Shown piece by piece: positions 46,001-58,605 of a stretch of 64,000 nucleotides of DNA (position 1 is its first letter; each line of letters starts with the position of its first letter). Origin of the DNA: Vitrella brassicaformis CCMP3155 (taxonomy: Eukaryota > Protista > Chromerida); NCBI GenBank assembly GCA_001179505.1, contig CDMY01000982.1, positions 1 to 64,000 on the forward strand, given 5' to 3'. The notes beneath the pieces are model-generated. The model saw nothing but the letters and a program-made list of their open reading frames with translations, was not told the origin of the DNA and searched no databases. The translations under genes and the position numbers were made by a program.

Positions 46001-49000
46001 CAAGGAGACCGTCGACTGACAGCCCAGTGCACGCCCCATACTTGCTGCCGTTCTTGGTGGCCGATGTGCATGCAGCCGACTTGCTGCCGTTCTTGGTGGC
46101 CGATGTGCATGCAGCCGATGGGACGAGGCAGTGGCCGTCGAGTCTCTCGATGGACACACAGAAGGATCCGAAGCCTGCCAGGGCGTTCTGGATGGACAGG
46201 TGGTGACCTGCCTTGTCGCAACTTGTGGCCGTGGAGCTGATGAGGGTGTAGCGGACGGCCTCGGATGCGTCGCCCGTTGCCGAGTTGTTGGCCGTCGTGA
46301 TGCGCAGCATGACCGTCTCGTCATCACCGTTCCCCGCTTTCCCCTCATCGGCCAGCGACGAGCACATGGCGAAACCGTACTGGCGGACGACAGCGGTAAG
46401 CGTCCAGGGACGCGACAGCCGCTCCTTCACGACCTCACTCGCACCCTTGTCCTTTGCTGCCGCCGGTGCCATCGCCTTCTCACCAGCCTTGGGCGATGCA
46501 GCGTCGGTCATGAGCATCAGTTTGGGGTCGATGGACACCAGCGAGTCCCTTCGGGGTGAGGACAGAGTCAGGCTGGTCAGCGATGCGTGTCGTGGCCGCT
46601 GCTTGGGCCGGGGCACCTCTGTCTTGCTCAGCATCAGCCGGTGTGGGTAGGAGGGGCTGTGCCGACGATCCCCACGGAGGGCGGAGGTGGTCGTGCGGGT
46701 GATGGGGGAGATGTCGGCGTGCGCCGCAGCTGGCTCGAGTGCTGGTGTCAGGGAAGCGGTGGCAGCCTGCACGTGTACGTAACACACAGAGGGTAAAGAG
46801 TCACAGTCCGACAGGCCGTGTGTTGTTGTCACATTGTGCACCTGGATGGACTCCACGATGCTCGATAGTGTGCCTGCCAGCTGCAGCACTCCCGGCTCCA
46901 CCACACAGTGGACCGAGGACACAGACAGGCTGGCGCAGACGCTGGACACATCGGCACCCTCGCTGTTCCCTTCGCCCTCTCCACCAGCAGCAGGCGCAGG
47001 TGCAGGTGCCACTGCGGCCGCCGGCAGCTGCAGGATGAGGGATGTGGTGGTCAGCGCCAGACGGGACACCAGCACGGTCGCAGGGGCGGCGACGGGAGGG
47101 GCAATGGCCAGACTGGGGTTGGGCGGCGTCTGAGGCGATAGCGTGGCTATTGATGACCGTCTCCTCTCGGCCCCTTTCGCTTTCTGTCCGCCGGCTTCCT
47201 CAACGCTGCCCGCCCTCACGGCGACGATCGGAGCGCCGTCGTCGAGTGTGCGGGCCGGGAGGGCTGGCGACACGGGGACAGACATGGACGCAGCGGGCGC
47301 AGCGGTGTGCCTCGTCTCTGTGGTCGGCGTGGGCATCTTGCGCTCATAGCGCACCTCGGCTGTGGATGTGAGGGCAATGCGCAGGTCCCAGGGAGCGTTC
47401 AGGGCGGCGGGGGGTGGTTGGGATGGGTTGCCGAGTGTGGTCGGCTGAGTGCTGCTAGGTTGCTTCATGAAGTCCAGAAGGGGCGTCATCCTAAGGAAGA
47501 AGGATAAGACAGGCAATGCATCCATCCATCCATCCGTAGGCGACACCATTGCTGGTGGCGGTGGTGGTGGTGGCGCTTACCATGCGTCGTAGGTGCTCCT
47601 GATGAGTTGGTGTCTCGTCACAATCCGATGGCGCTCCACGAGGCCGATCAGATGGGCGTTGATCAGACGCCGACCCGCACGCACACACGCACACATCGAC
47701 GCGTGCTGCGCCACATAGTCGAGGGAGGTCCCGTCTGGGCGGCCGAATGACCTCAGGGCGTCGGCTGTGAAGATCTGTCGGACAGACACATACAGAGACA
47801 GAGGACAAGGGGGGGCGAATGGAGACCACATCGTAGCGTGGGGTGAGGAGTATGCGTCTTCTCACTGACCTCTGAGAGCAGCTGCGTCCATCCGTCGTTG
47901 ACATGTGAGGTGGTCCTCTGCCTGACTTCACGAATGTCTGCCCCCAGCGCTTGAATGGCAACGGCACACGTGTCCACCTGACGCACAAACCAATGGATGG
48001 ACGATGCCATCCATCCATTGAGGTGTCTGTCACGGCTCACCGCGAGAGGGGCCACTCCATCGGTCACACGCATCACAACGTCCCCCACCTCCATCTCCAT
48101 CACACCGCCCTCCGTACCGACCGGCATGTGCAGACGAAACCTCCCACCCACCACATCGAAGCGGACGCCCCCATAGCCATCCCGCTGTCCGCCCTCAGCC
48201 ACACGTGGCCCAGCGGCCCTCTCGCTGACAGCACGAACGAGCTCCTGGGAGAATGCCGGCCGCTCGCTGTTGTCTATGGTCTTGCGATATATGTGCCAGT
48301 GGATGGCATCGATGTCACAGAATGCGGCATGCAGGGAGGGCGGGGCAAGGTGCGTGGCGGAAGAACGAATGCAGAGGTGGAGGGTCTTCATCTCGATACG
48401 TGAAGCCGCTCGGTCGGCCGATTGAGGGGCAGCAAAGATGCCGCCTTGTCCCTCCTTCGGCGTGTGCTCGCCATACATAGTCCCATCCTCCTCACCGGCC
48501 TCTGGCTCATCTCCCCTATCCTCTTCGATGCCTGCGGTCCCCCGGCTGCCCTCCATCTCGACCACGAGGGACACAGACGGCCCGCCGATCGACCACACAT
48601 CGGCCTGTGTGGTCACAGACGCACTCTCCCCCTCAATGCCACCTTGCGATTTCCTCCTCCGCTGCGGTGGCAGTGGCGGAGCTGGGGGCGGGGCAAAGGC
48701 CGCGAACTCGAATGTGTCGAAGAGGGCCAGGTAGGTGCGCGACGGGGTCGTCGACCAAGAGGTCGTCGATGAGGCCATGAGATCCACAAGATGGCTCATG
48801 CCATGATGACTGATGCGCACAAGCACACCTTCGACCTGCCGATTGTCTTGTTTGGCCGTGGTGGTCTGGAGGGACACGTGTGTGACGGTGAAGGGGCCAC
48901 CGGTCAAAGGGGTGGGCTCGTTGATGGCTCGCTGGAAAGGGCCCTTGAGCGACGAATAGGGCACAAAATGACAACGGGACTCCGCAGACCTGCATAACAG

Positions 49001-52000
49001 AAAGAGACGGTGATCGGCCGTCCGTGTGTCCGCGTCATACTCAACCGACTCACCTTTGTTGCACTTTGGACGGTCGCCTTCGCCCGGGCGGCTTGACGGG
49101 GTACGGCACACCCACCCCCTCCCCGGCACACTCATCGGCACTCCTGAGCACTATCCTCGCACCACAGACCTTCGCACATGCCGCCCTCTCATCGCACCCA
49201 TCATCCTGCCGCCGTATGGCCTCCACCGCCATCCGCTGCCCCTCGTTCATCTTGTCGAAGTATTCCCGCTGCCTCTGGGGGCTCTGCAGGAGCGACCCCC
49301 TGTGCGCCCACCGGCCCTCCCTGTCGGCCTCATCGTCGCTCTCTGACGGCACAGACAATGCCGTCGGCGCGCGGGCAGGGATTTCCGTCCGCCACTGCCG
49401 TGCGTCGCCGCGACGCACTTCGAGACTCGGCTGGCTGACGAGGGTTTTGGCATTCTGTTGATGGCCGATAGAGGATCGAGATGAGCGTTTGAAGTGGACT
49501 GATCGCGTGGTTGCTGCGGCTGCTCGTGTAGGGGGATGATGGTCGCTGGGGGCGCATGTGGCATTCTCCTCTTCACACGACACAAAGCTGGACAGGTCAT
49601 CGTCCATGAACGAATCATCCTCGGCCTCGCCCTGGCACATACAATGCACACACCACCCACACAAGGCTTCACTCAATGCGCCATCAGTCCTGGTCCTGCC
49701 CCCACGTCGCCTCGTCCCACCTTGGTGTGCGTGTGTGTCCCGGATTTACTGTCATTCAGCTCCTCCCCGACGGAGTGCCACGACCGACTCTTGCTCTGTT
49801 GCGCGTCAAGCGCGAAGGACGGGGGCGTCTGCAAGGACTCGTATGACCCGTAGGTGTCCCTCCTGCCAGCCCCACTGGCACTGCCCTCCAACTCGATGTC
49901 CGACAGGCTGATGGGGCTGGCCTCCTCTGTGGGCGGCGACCGGCGGGCGACGAACTCCCCGAGCGACGTGCGGCGGCTTTGCTGTTGGGCTGTGGGTGGG
50001 GGCAGCAGGACGACTGAAGACGAATCGCGAGAAAACAGGTCTGAGCGATGCGAAGGGGAGGCAGGGGGCAGTGACAAGTGTAGGGACGAGAAGTGTCGGT
50101 GCCGTTGTGTGTGTCTGACCTGACATGGTGCGGCGTTGAGGGATCGGGATGGACAGCGGCACAGTAGCTGTAGCCGCCTTGTCGGGCTGCCCCTGATCGA
50201 TATCCTGGACCCGCTCAGGCGAACTGACTGTGGCCCTTACCATCTGCCGCTGCCTCCGCCGTCGACCAGATGATTCGCACACCATCTCAGCTGGGTCGCC
50301 TATGGTGCCGGGGAGGCTGTCGAACACACCCTTCAGCGACATCACAGACACCGGCCGCTCTTCTGTCGCATTGTCCGCATCCCATTGCTCGTCCTGTCGG
50401 TCGAAGTAGACGGTGCTGATGTGGGGCAGGTCGCTCGTGGCGGTGCCGTGTTGGTGGTGCGGGAGATCGAGTGGCCAGTCGTGCTGACTGGTGGGGTGGA
50501 CGCATGCAGTGGCGGTGAGGGCGTGCCGGCCCTGCTCCGACAGATAGGCATCCTGACCGGTAGATCGATCCAGACATGGAAAGCACACATGACGTAGACA
50601 GACAGACAGATCATATTGGGAGCGAATTCGTTCGGTCACCTGGACGTCTTTGGTGAGGCCGTGTGGGTTCCGTTTGCCGCTGAGGATGACACCTCCGCCC
50701 CGCACGTCCATGAGTGTGTCGCACACAATCTCCCTGAGGGCACTCTGGTGGGCCGGCCTGCCAGTAGTGGCCGTCACTGACCGATACGTGACGATCCGCA
50801 CCATCGGCACCTGACAGCATACATGTACGCAGAGAGGGAAGTATGAGACTCTCGTGAAGGCTGCATGTACGCCGGCTTGCTTGCCTGGCCTCTGATGTGT
50901 TGGTGAAACAGATTGCAGAAGCGTGTGTCCTTGCACAAGTGCAGACCTGACGAAGCACATCCGAACACACATATCAATCCGTGCATCCAGCCTGCCTGCC
51001 TGCCTGCCTACTGGCCGCTCTATGTGCACCATACCCACCGTAAGGTATGCTGGCGACGGTCACGTGCCCATTGAGTGGCACGGCCACCCTTACAGCCCCC
51101 AGCCTGACGTCCACCACATTCACAGCCAGGTGAAGTCGCTGCCCTTCCCGCGCCTTGACCACCGTGCCCTTCATCCTTGCTATCTCGGGTGGCAGCCGGC
51201 GCCGCCACGGCCGCTCCTCCATCGGCATTGGCGACTCGGCCGCTGCTCGCGTGTCGATCCGCTCCAACACACTCTCTGATAGACCTGCACGTATGCAACA
51301 GGCGCCTCGCATGTACGTATGTTCGAATGTCCATCCGTCTGTCCAGTGACTCCTTTTCCATTTCTGTGTCTGTGTGTATGTATTGATGCGTACCGGTCTT
51401 GTTTGATGATACGGATGAGCGCTGGCTCTTCCTGGTGCTTGCGTGCGAGATCATTTCCTTCTTGAGGACCGCCGGCGGGGCGCTGATCGTCCGGCGCCCT
51501 TCGTCGTCATTGTCCGATGCCGCCTCGTCGGTGCCGTCGTCCTGTGTGGTGCTAAGGATGGTGGACGCGAACCTGACGTGATGGTGATGACCCGTGGGGC
51601 TGTCGGTCGGAGACGGGGGCAATGACGATAGAGGCGACCTGATACACAAACGGACATTGCAGGCTTGGATGGATGGGTGTCGGTGCGTACTCCGGGTCGC
51701 AGCAGGCCCTCTGCCCCGGTACGGCCAGCTCCGCCACGTTCCACTGGTGTGACACACACCGCGCCGAGTGCACCAGCCGACCGATGTGTGCGGGCGATAT
51801 GCGGCCACTGAGGCGACCGATGGACGGGGAGAGGGAGCAGAAACACGGCACCAAGTCAGGCAGCGGGCTGAAGATGGCATGGTTGTGGAACCGCAGACCC
51901 TGCACACATACGCCCTCCCCGTCCCCCTCCAGGTCCATGTGTATGTCGTCCATTTCCACCACCACGTCGACGAAGGCGTTGGTGCCACGCATCACGACTC

Positions 52001-55000
52001 TCACGCCGGGGCTGGTGACCACCAGAGGGTCGCACACCGACGTGACGACAAAATCGCGCGTCGATGAGCGGTTGACGGGCGAGGGCGCCGACAGGATGTC
52101 GGTCGACAGAGACGAGGGTAGAAGGAAGCTGACGTCCTGTGACAGACCACACCACACATACACAGACACCGTGCGTATCGATCTGTTGCCACGCAGGGTC
52201 ACCCACCTGGCAGTCGACTTCCAGGAAGACCTCGAAATCGTTGATGGGGATGACAGTGTCGCCGTCTCTGAACCTCGTGACCTCGTGGTGCCTTGCCAGC
52301 CAGTTCTCGCGGGCGTCGTGGTCGTACTGAGATGTGGTACACGACAGCACATAGGGGCCGCCCATGTTGTCAGCCAGCCACTGCAGGGTGTGCAACACGT
52401 GGCCCTCGCACGACAAGGTGACGCTCGATGCATCTGGGAAATAAACAGAGGGGAGGAAGGGCACTGTCTCATATGTGATCGCTGTGGCGTACCGATGTTG
52501 AGCGTCAGATGATCGCGATAAGCTAGTTAGAAAGACAGCACGACACAAAGATGACAAACTCATCTCTCAATAACCCATTCCTGCTTCCTTCGTCCTTACA
52601 GGGGTTCAGGTTGTAGAATCCCGAGTACCTTCCCCCACACGCCAGCCCCTCCCACTGCAGCGCCACACCCAGACCGCGACCATCCACCTCAGGTGACGTC
52701 CAGTACCGCCCGCCAGCAGATGGGGAGCCGACGTCAACGTCGTAGCCCACGTGATTGATGGCGCGCGGGTATGCGGGGAGCGGCGGCTGCCTCCCAGGGC
52801 CGGTGCGTGCCTCGCTGTCCAGACCCAGAGGGTGGCCGGAAGGGAACGACACAGCTGAAAGAAGAAACGGTTGACTGACGGACCACACTTGTCTGTGCTG
52901 TTCCTTTACTTGAGCAGCCACTGACCTGCTGCAGCTGTGTCGCAGTTGATTCGGAAGTCCATCGTTGCCACCTCTGAGATGTAAACCAGAAACGCCTGGC
53001 TGCACACACACACATTGACACGTGTCAATGCATCCTCAGTATCCGAACCCAACACGTCGGCACGGACCTGGTTTGTATGTTGAGTGCGCGTGTGTGCAGG
53101 ATGATGCAGAGAGTGTCCCTGAGGGCGAGAGGGTAGTTAAGCACATTGTGTTTGGCGGCCGGGAGGATGAGCTCGGCGTCGTGGAAGTCGTATGTGAGTG
53201 TGTAGACTGCAGGGATGAAACACACCCAACCACTGTCGGGCCTGTCACCACCTGCACACACCAAGAGAAGTAGACACACTGCCATGTGTTCGTTGTCGCC
53301 ATCCTGACCCCATTCTGTGAGGAGGCAGCTGATGGCATCGATGAGTTCCCTCGTCAGCCACAGAGACGCCTTGGCGAACCGAAAGGTGAAGTCCCACAGC
53401 TGCTTCTCGTTCCACCGCAGTGGGTAGTGCACGTCTGCTGCGATCGAAAAGGACTCTACCGTCAGAAACTGACCTGACCAATGGCAGAAACACACACGAA
53501 ATCCTGCCTCTACGATCAATATGGGATGGCGTGTGTGTGCATTGTTTGTTGACCCACCCTTGTGTCTTGAGGGCAGCAGGCAGTCGACCGTGACCTTGTC
53601 CATCTTGACGGTCGCGTGGTGCTTCAAATCAGCCGATGTCACTAGCGCCCAGGGAATCTGATGCATGGACCCACTCAAGACACATGCACGTGCATTCACC
53701 CATACACGAGATCGTGTTTGTGGGCCTGCCTACCGCGCAGTGGATCTGTGCCGATTCCGGCGTGTGCAAGGACAGCTGACACCACCTTGTCTGCGAGCAG
53801 AAGGGGACCCTCGCCTCAATGCCCTGCGCGAAATCCACCGACAGCTGAAAGGACAGAGAGGAAAAAAACAGACATGACAGACGTCACGCTTGACGTACAC
53901 TCCACCGCCCCCTCCCCCACCCACCTCGAGCGTGTGTGTTGCTCTAATCTTTTTGGCTTTGGCCCTGTAAGGGCGCGAGTCCTCCCAATCAAATGGGTAG
54001 AGGATGGAGAGCAACAGCTCCCTCTGGTGGTCCGTCCAGGGCGAGTAGGTCAGGCAGCAGGGCGCCGTGGCAGTGAGGCCCACCATCATCTTGGGCAGGG
54101 GGGTCTTGGTGTCCACACACACGCCGGGCTGGTCGTAGTCGATCTTGACGCGCAAGGTGCCGTCGATGCGCAGCACCTCCATCTCCACACACGCATACAC
54201 ATGCATACACCAAACTGTCGTCACCCATTTGTGTGTTTATGTGTTTGTGTGTGATGCTCGATCACCTGCGCTTTCCTCAGCGTGTTGTCTTTCGGCGTGT
54301 CGCCGTCAGCCGCCTCGCGGAAAGGACTGTACCTGCACGCACATCACGTCGACGCATACACGAGCCTGTTTGCGCTTCTATGCCAGCTCACTTAGCGTAT
54401 GGCCTCTGTGCAGTCCCCTTGTCCCTCTCCTCGCCAGGCCGCCCATCGGGCGTGTTTGGCGATGTCGTGGGCGTGGCACGAGTCTCCTCCTACCGACACA
54501 ATTTTACACAGCAACACTACGGATACACGCGCCCCTCCCGTGCTTCTGTGGTGCAAACCTGCGGCGACGTGCGTGAGTCGTCGTTCTCCGCGGCGATCTG
54601 GACTCGCAATTCCTCGTCGACGTCATCAGCATTCTCACTCGCCCGTTTCCCCCTCCCTCCCCGCCGTCGCGACTCCCTTGTCGGTCCCCGGTCGTCCTCA
54701 GCGCCATTCTCCTCCGACACACGCGCCAACCTGAATGCATTTACACAGACGCATGCTTGTTCCCATCAGACGCTTCGCACTCACCTTCTGGTTCTCCTTC
54801 GGTCGAAGAGTCCCGATCTCATCCTCTGATTTGGGAAGACGGGCCTCTTTTGTGTAGCGGACGTGTGGTCTTCCTGCTCGTCGGTGTCGTCGAGGAAGCG
54901 CCAGTCCATTTTCTTGAAGAACTCCACAAACGAATTGCGCGCCTGATCAGACAGGGCGGCCATACATGTGTGCATACACACAACCCGCACCATGCGTCCG

Positions 55001-56681
55001 TGTGCTGAGTTTTGCTGTGGTGCTTACTCGTTCGAGCAGGTCCTCTTGCACCAGCCGTTGGTGGCGGGCCTGCAACTCGACTGAATCGGGGACAGAAAAT
55101 GACGGGCGCACTGTGCCCGTGTCTGTGCCGGGGTTTTTGTGCTTGCCCACCCGAATCGACGGCGGTTGGGTTTTCGTCGCACAGTAGCTTCACGTTGTTC
55201 AGGGAAAGGTCGGTTTCCACGCGGTAGGGATCCTCGCGCGGATACTCCTGACGATCTGCACACATACACACACCCACACAGACACACACACGCAGGCGGC
55301 CAGGCAGGCAGGCCACACACCATAGCATTCTCCACCCGTGTGGACCATGTGTGTGTGCTCTGACTGACTTGTGGCCATATGTGTCCCATGCAGCGTCCGC
55401 ACGCTCAAGATCACGACTGTGGGGATCTTGGATGAGCCGATCTTGACGCAAGACCTCTCCACCTTCAGCTGCAACAGCAGACATCCATTCAGATCATCGA
55501 CAGGTGCAAGTGTGGCAGGTGTGATTCTTGTACCTCAACACTGGGGCACAGTCGGAAGAATCTCGGTACGGCAGCAGCGATGGCCTCGACCAACGGATCG
55601 TTGTCGCCCTCTTCCTGGTGGCAAATGAGCAAATGGCATGTCCGCTGCGTGCACGGCAGTCAAGATGCGTACCACCAGGAGGTCGTCAGCGCCACCCTGT
55701 GCATCTGGAAGACCCACACGCCAACACACCGTGCAGCCACGGCAGGATTGCGTCCATCCGCTTGATAGGCACCTGTCTGTTCGACGGTTTCGTCTTTCTG
55801 CTCGTCTGGTAGCGTGCCGTCAGACTCATCAGCTGGGTCCTCCTGATGGACATGGCCTCGTCTGCGCAGTCCCCTCTTGAGCTAGCCTGTCTCTATGTGC
55901 CTACTTGTCTCTTTTTGTGTCTGCCTGTCATCCTCTTGGTGAGCTGTGCGATGCGCCCCATGATGCGCCGGTGCTTGGCCTCCTCCTGGGCCTCCTCCTT
56001 CTTACGACGAGCGATAACCTGACATAGACATACACCCACATGACACACGCCGGGCACACACAGACACATAAATAGACCACACGCGTGTGCATGTGAATGA
56101 GTCAGCGAGCGTGTGTATGTGGTTGCCTGTTCCAGGTGTTTGTATCTGGCCGCGTTTGAGTAGACCAGCACCTCCACACCATGCAGCTGAATCGTCACAC
56201 GATGCGGGTGGCTGCCCGACGACTGACAACCACACACGCATCCAGGCATTCACCCTTCAGCCCTCATCGTCCACCCGGATCTGCTTACGTATGGAGTGTG
56301 TACGATCCTCCGCCAGTATCGGCACCGCACCTCCAGCCTCGTCAGCAGCACACTCACGCTGGTCGTCGTGTATCGCACATGCGACAGCACAAACTTGCCG
56401 CCAAGCAAACTCAGCGACACACTGCGGGCCTGACACCACACACACACAAGGATGATGCACGGAAATCGTGTTCGCCTGTGATTTGCACTTTTGTGGACCT
56501 GCAGGTGTGTTTTGCCTCGGAGCACGCAGGAGTTGATGAGTTTGACGAGGACCATTGCAAGCAGCCGCGAGAAGACCATCAGGTAGAATGCGATGATCAG
56601 CACCAGGAAGGTGGAGTAGAGGGCGTAGGCCGTGAGGGAGTGCCCCTTCTCGAAACCTGTCAGCTGGTCGCGACTCTGCAT
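40041..56681 (-). CDS. BLTP1: Giant bridge-like lipid transfer protein, BLTP1/KIAA1109/Tweek/Csf1 family, many exons
   Basis: N-terminal TM and Csf1-like start: FLVLIIAFYLMVFSRLLAMVLVKLIN...SVSLSLLGGKFVLSHVRY...VRCRYWR...VTIQLHGVEVLVYSNAARY, then LKVERSCVKIGSSKIPTVVIL and DPYRVETDL. KIAA1109-like C-terminus: FRSDFRHPIEVS, HEFVLEPQLHRL, SLEWVLKSLQL...LSDPLEQ|VLVAILRFL. Includes a 1841-codon open frame at 42024-47549. Internal exon boundaries were not all resolved. Confidence 0.85.
46041..46118 (+). repeat. Exact 39-bp tandem duplication inside the large BLTP1 exon
   Basis: cttgctgccgttcttggtggccgatgtgcatgcagccga twice. Encodes SAACTSATKNGSK twice on the minus strand, frame preserved. Confidence 0.9.
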
Positions 56682-56953
56682 GGCGATGGATGAATGGATG
56701 AGCCCGAGAACAGCTGTTCGCTAATCCACTACTCCACAATAAGCGCCTGATGAAATGGCCGCATCACCATCGTCTGCCGCATCGTTTCAATCGCCGGCTC
56801 CTCGGTCGTCGTGTTTTCGGCATCAACGAGTTGCTTTCGTCACTCATAGTGGAATAGACAGCGCAATCCAAGATCTCCATCACCACAAGAGCCCGCCCCT
56901 CGCCTCTCGCTTTCCCTGATCCGTTGCGAGCTTGGCGCAAAAACTTGGTTTCG

Positions 56954-58344
56954 ATGCTTTGCCAGAGCTCCCGAGCCTCGTTCGCACCTCTCTTCCCCAG
57001 CCGCCCCCTCCGTGCTCAGCCAGGCTTCACCTGCACTCATCGCGCGCCACTGTCTGCGACGCTGCGGTACCTGATCTCTGTCTGCGCCACCAACAGCATG
57101 GCCAAGGAACCGACGTCGCGTGTGAAGGCGCAGGGAAGACCCGAGAACGCGCCAAACAGTGACCCAAACAGTGCGCATTTTTTCACCACCGACGTGCGGG
57201 AGCCATTCAAGGTCATCGGAGAACAAATGGTGTACCAGGGGTGGAAGAACGGTGAGTGAGTGCATGGTGAGCAGGGAGGGCGAGTGGGAGGTCATTGCGC
57301 TGGGCGACGGGTGACATTGGTCGATGAATGAATCATACGGATTCACGAGTCTGCTGGTGTCTGTCTGTCTGCAGTGATGCACCGAACAATAGAGCTGCCA
57401 AACGGCAAGACGACGCGATATGACATCAACCATTCAGTAAGCAAGAAGAGATGCGAAGAGAAGCTGCCATGAACTGTCTGGATTGCTCGTGATTGCCTCC
57501 CTCTGTGTCTGCTGTGTGTGTCAGGATTGCCCCGCTGTGTTCGTCGTTCCATGGGTATGTATGGAAGATTGGACGCAGATTGCTCATCTCCGGTGTGTCT
57601 GTGTACAGGATACGCAGAAGAAAACGACCATCTTCGCCGGTAGCTCGCACACACAAATGGACGCACTTCCCCGCCTCATTGTGCCCATCTGGGTGGTCCC
57701 TTGCCCTGTCTGTCTGCAGAGGAGTACTACCCAGGACCAAATCAATGGAAGAAAGGCTTTGTTGCTGGGCTCTATGAACGGAAGAAGCACGAGTCGCCCC
57801 TCCACGCTGCAAAGTGAGCAATGCGCAGAACACAGTCACACACACGCACACACGCATCGTTGGTTGGATGTGTGCGCAGGCTGGAGCTGGAGGAGGAGGC
57901 CCACCTGGTGGGCGGCAAGTGGATCAATCTCATCAATGAGAGGGGCGTGATGGACTACGAAAAGTATTCTGACCAGGTAATGGGTGTTTAATCGGTTCCT
58001 TCGTGCATCCATCTCGTGTGCCTTCCTGTGTGTCAGATCTTCTATGCGTTCTTGTGCCTCGATCCTGTGCACACCGACGATCCGCGGCCTCTGGATGACT
58101 CGGAGGTCATCTACCTGCACAGGGATGTGCCGGCCAAAGCGGTATGAATGTAGGTAGAATGGCGCGACAATGCACGGACAGACTGTGTCTTGCTTGCGTG
58201 TCGTCTGTGAGTGTGCAGGTGTTGGAGGGTGCTCTGCATGGTCATTTCACGGTCACGACGTCCCTGGCCGCCCTACTGGCCATCGAGAAGCTCAGAGAAA
58301 TCGGCGAGCTACCGAAAGACTTCTCGCTTGCGTTGGGTGCCTAG
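56954..58344 (+). CDS. Nudix hydrolase (ADP-ribose/sugar-nucleotide pyrophosphatase-like) with a probable organellar targeting extension, multi-exon
   Basis: Ser/Arg-rich N-terminus, then FKVIGEQMVYQGWKN|VMHRTIELPNGKTTRYDINHS|DCPAVFVVPW|DTQKKTTIFA|EEYYPG...FVAGLYERKKHESPLHAAK|LELEEEAHL (variant Nudix box) and ...SLAALLAIEKLRE...ALGA*. Confidence 0.85.
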
Positions 58345-58605
58345 ACAGACAGAACAGCGAGCGATGCTCACTGCTGCGTGCGTATGTGCTGCGTCCCTGC
58401 CTGACATGGCGACAATAGACCGTGTTTCATACATGGCGGAGTAGGTTTCAGTCTGTGTTCTCGCGCCCTTATATTGCGATTGCGATTCAAAGCACTTCCC
58501 CGACCGTTGACGCACGCACTCAGCCAGCCCATCGTCATGGTGGCGGCACACGCAGACATATATGTCTATTTCTCTATCTCTCTAGGTAGGCACGTCAGCT
58601 GCTAG

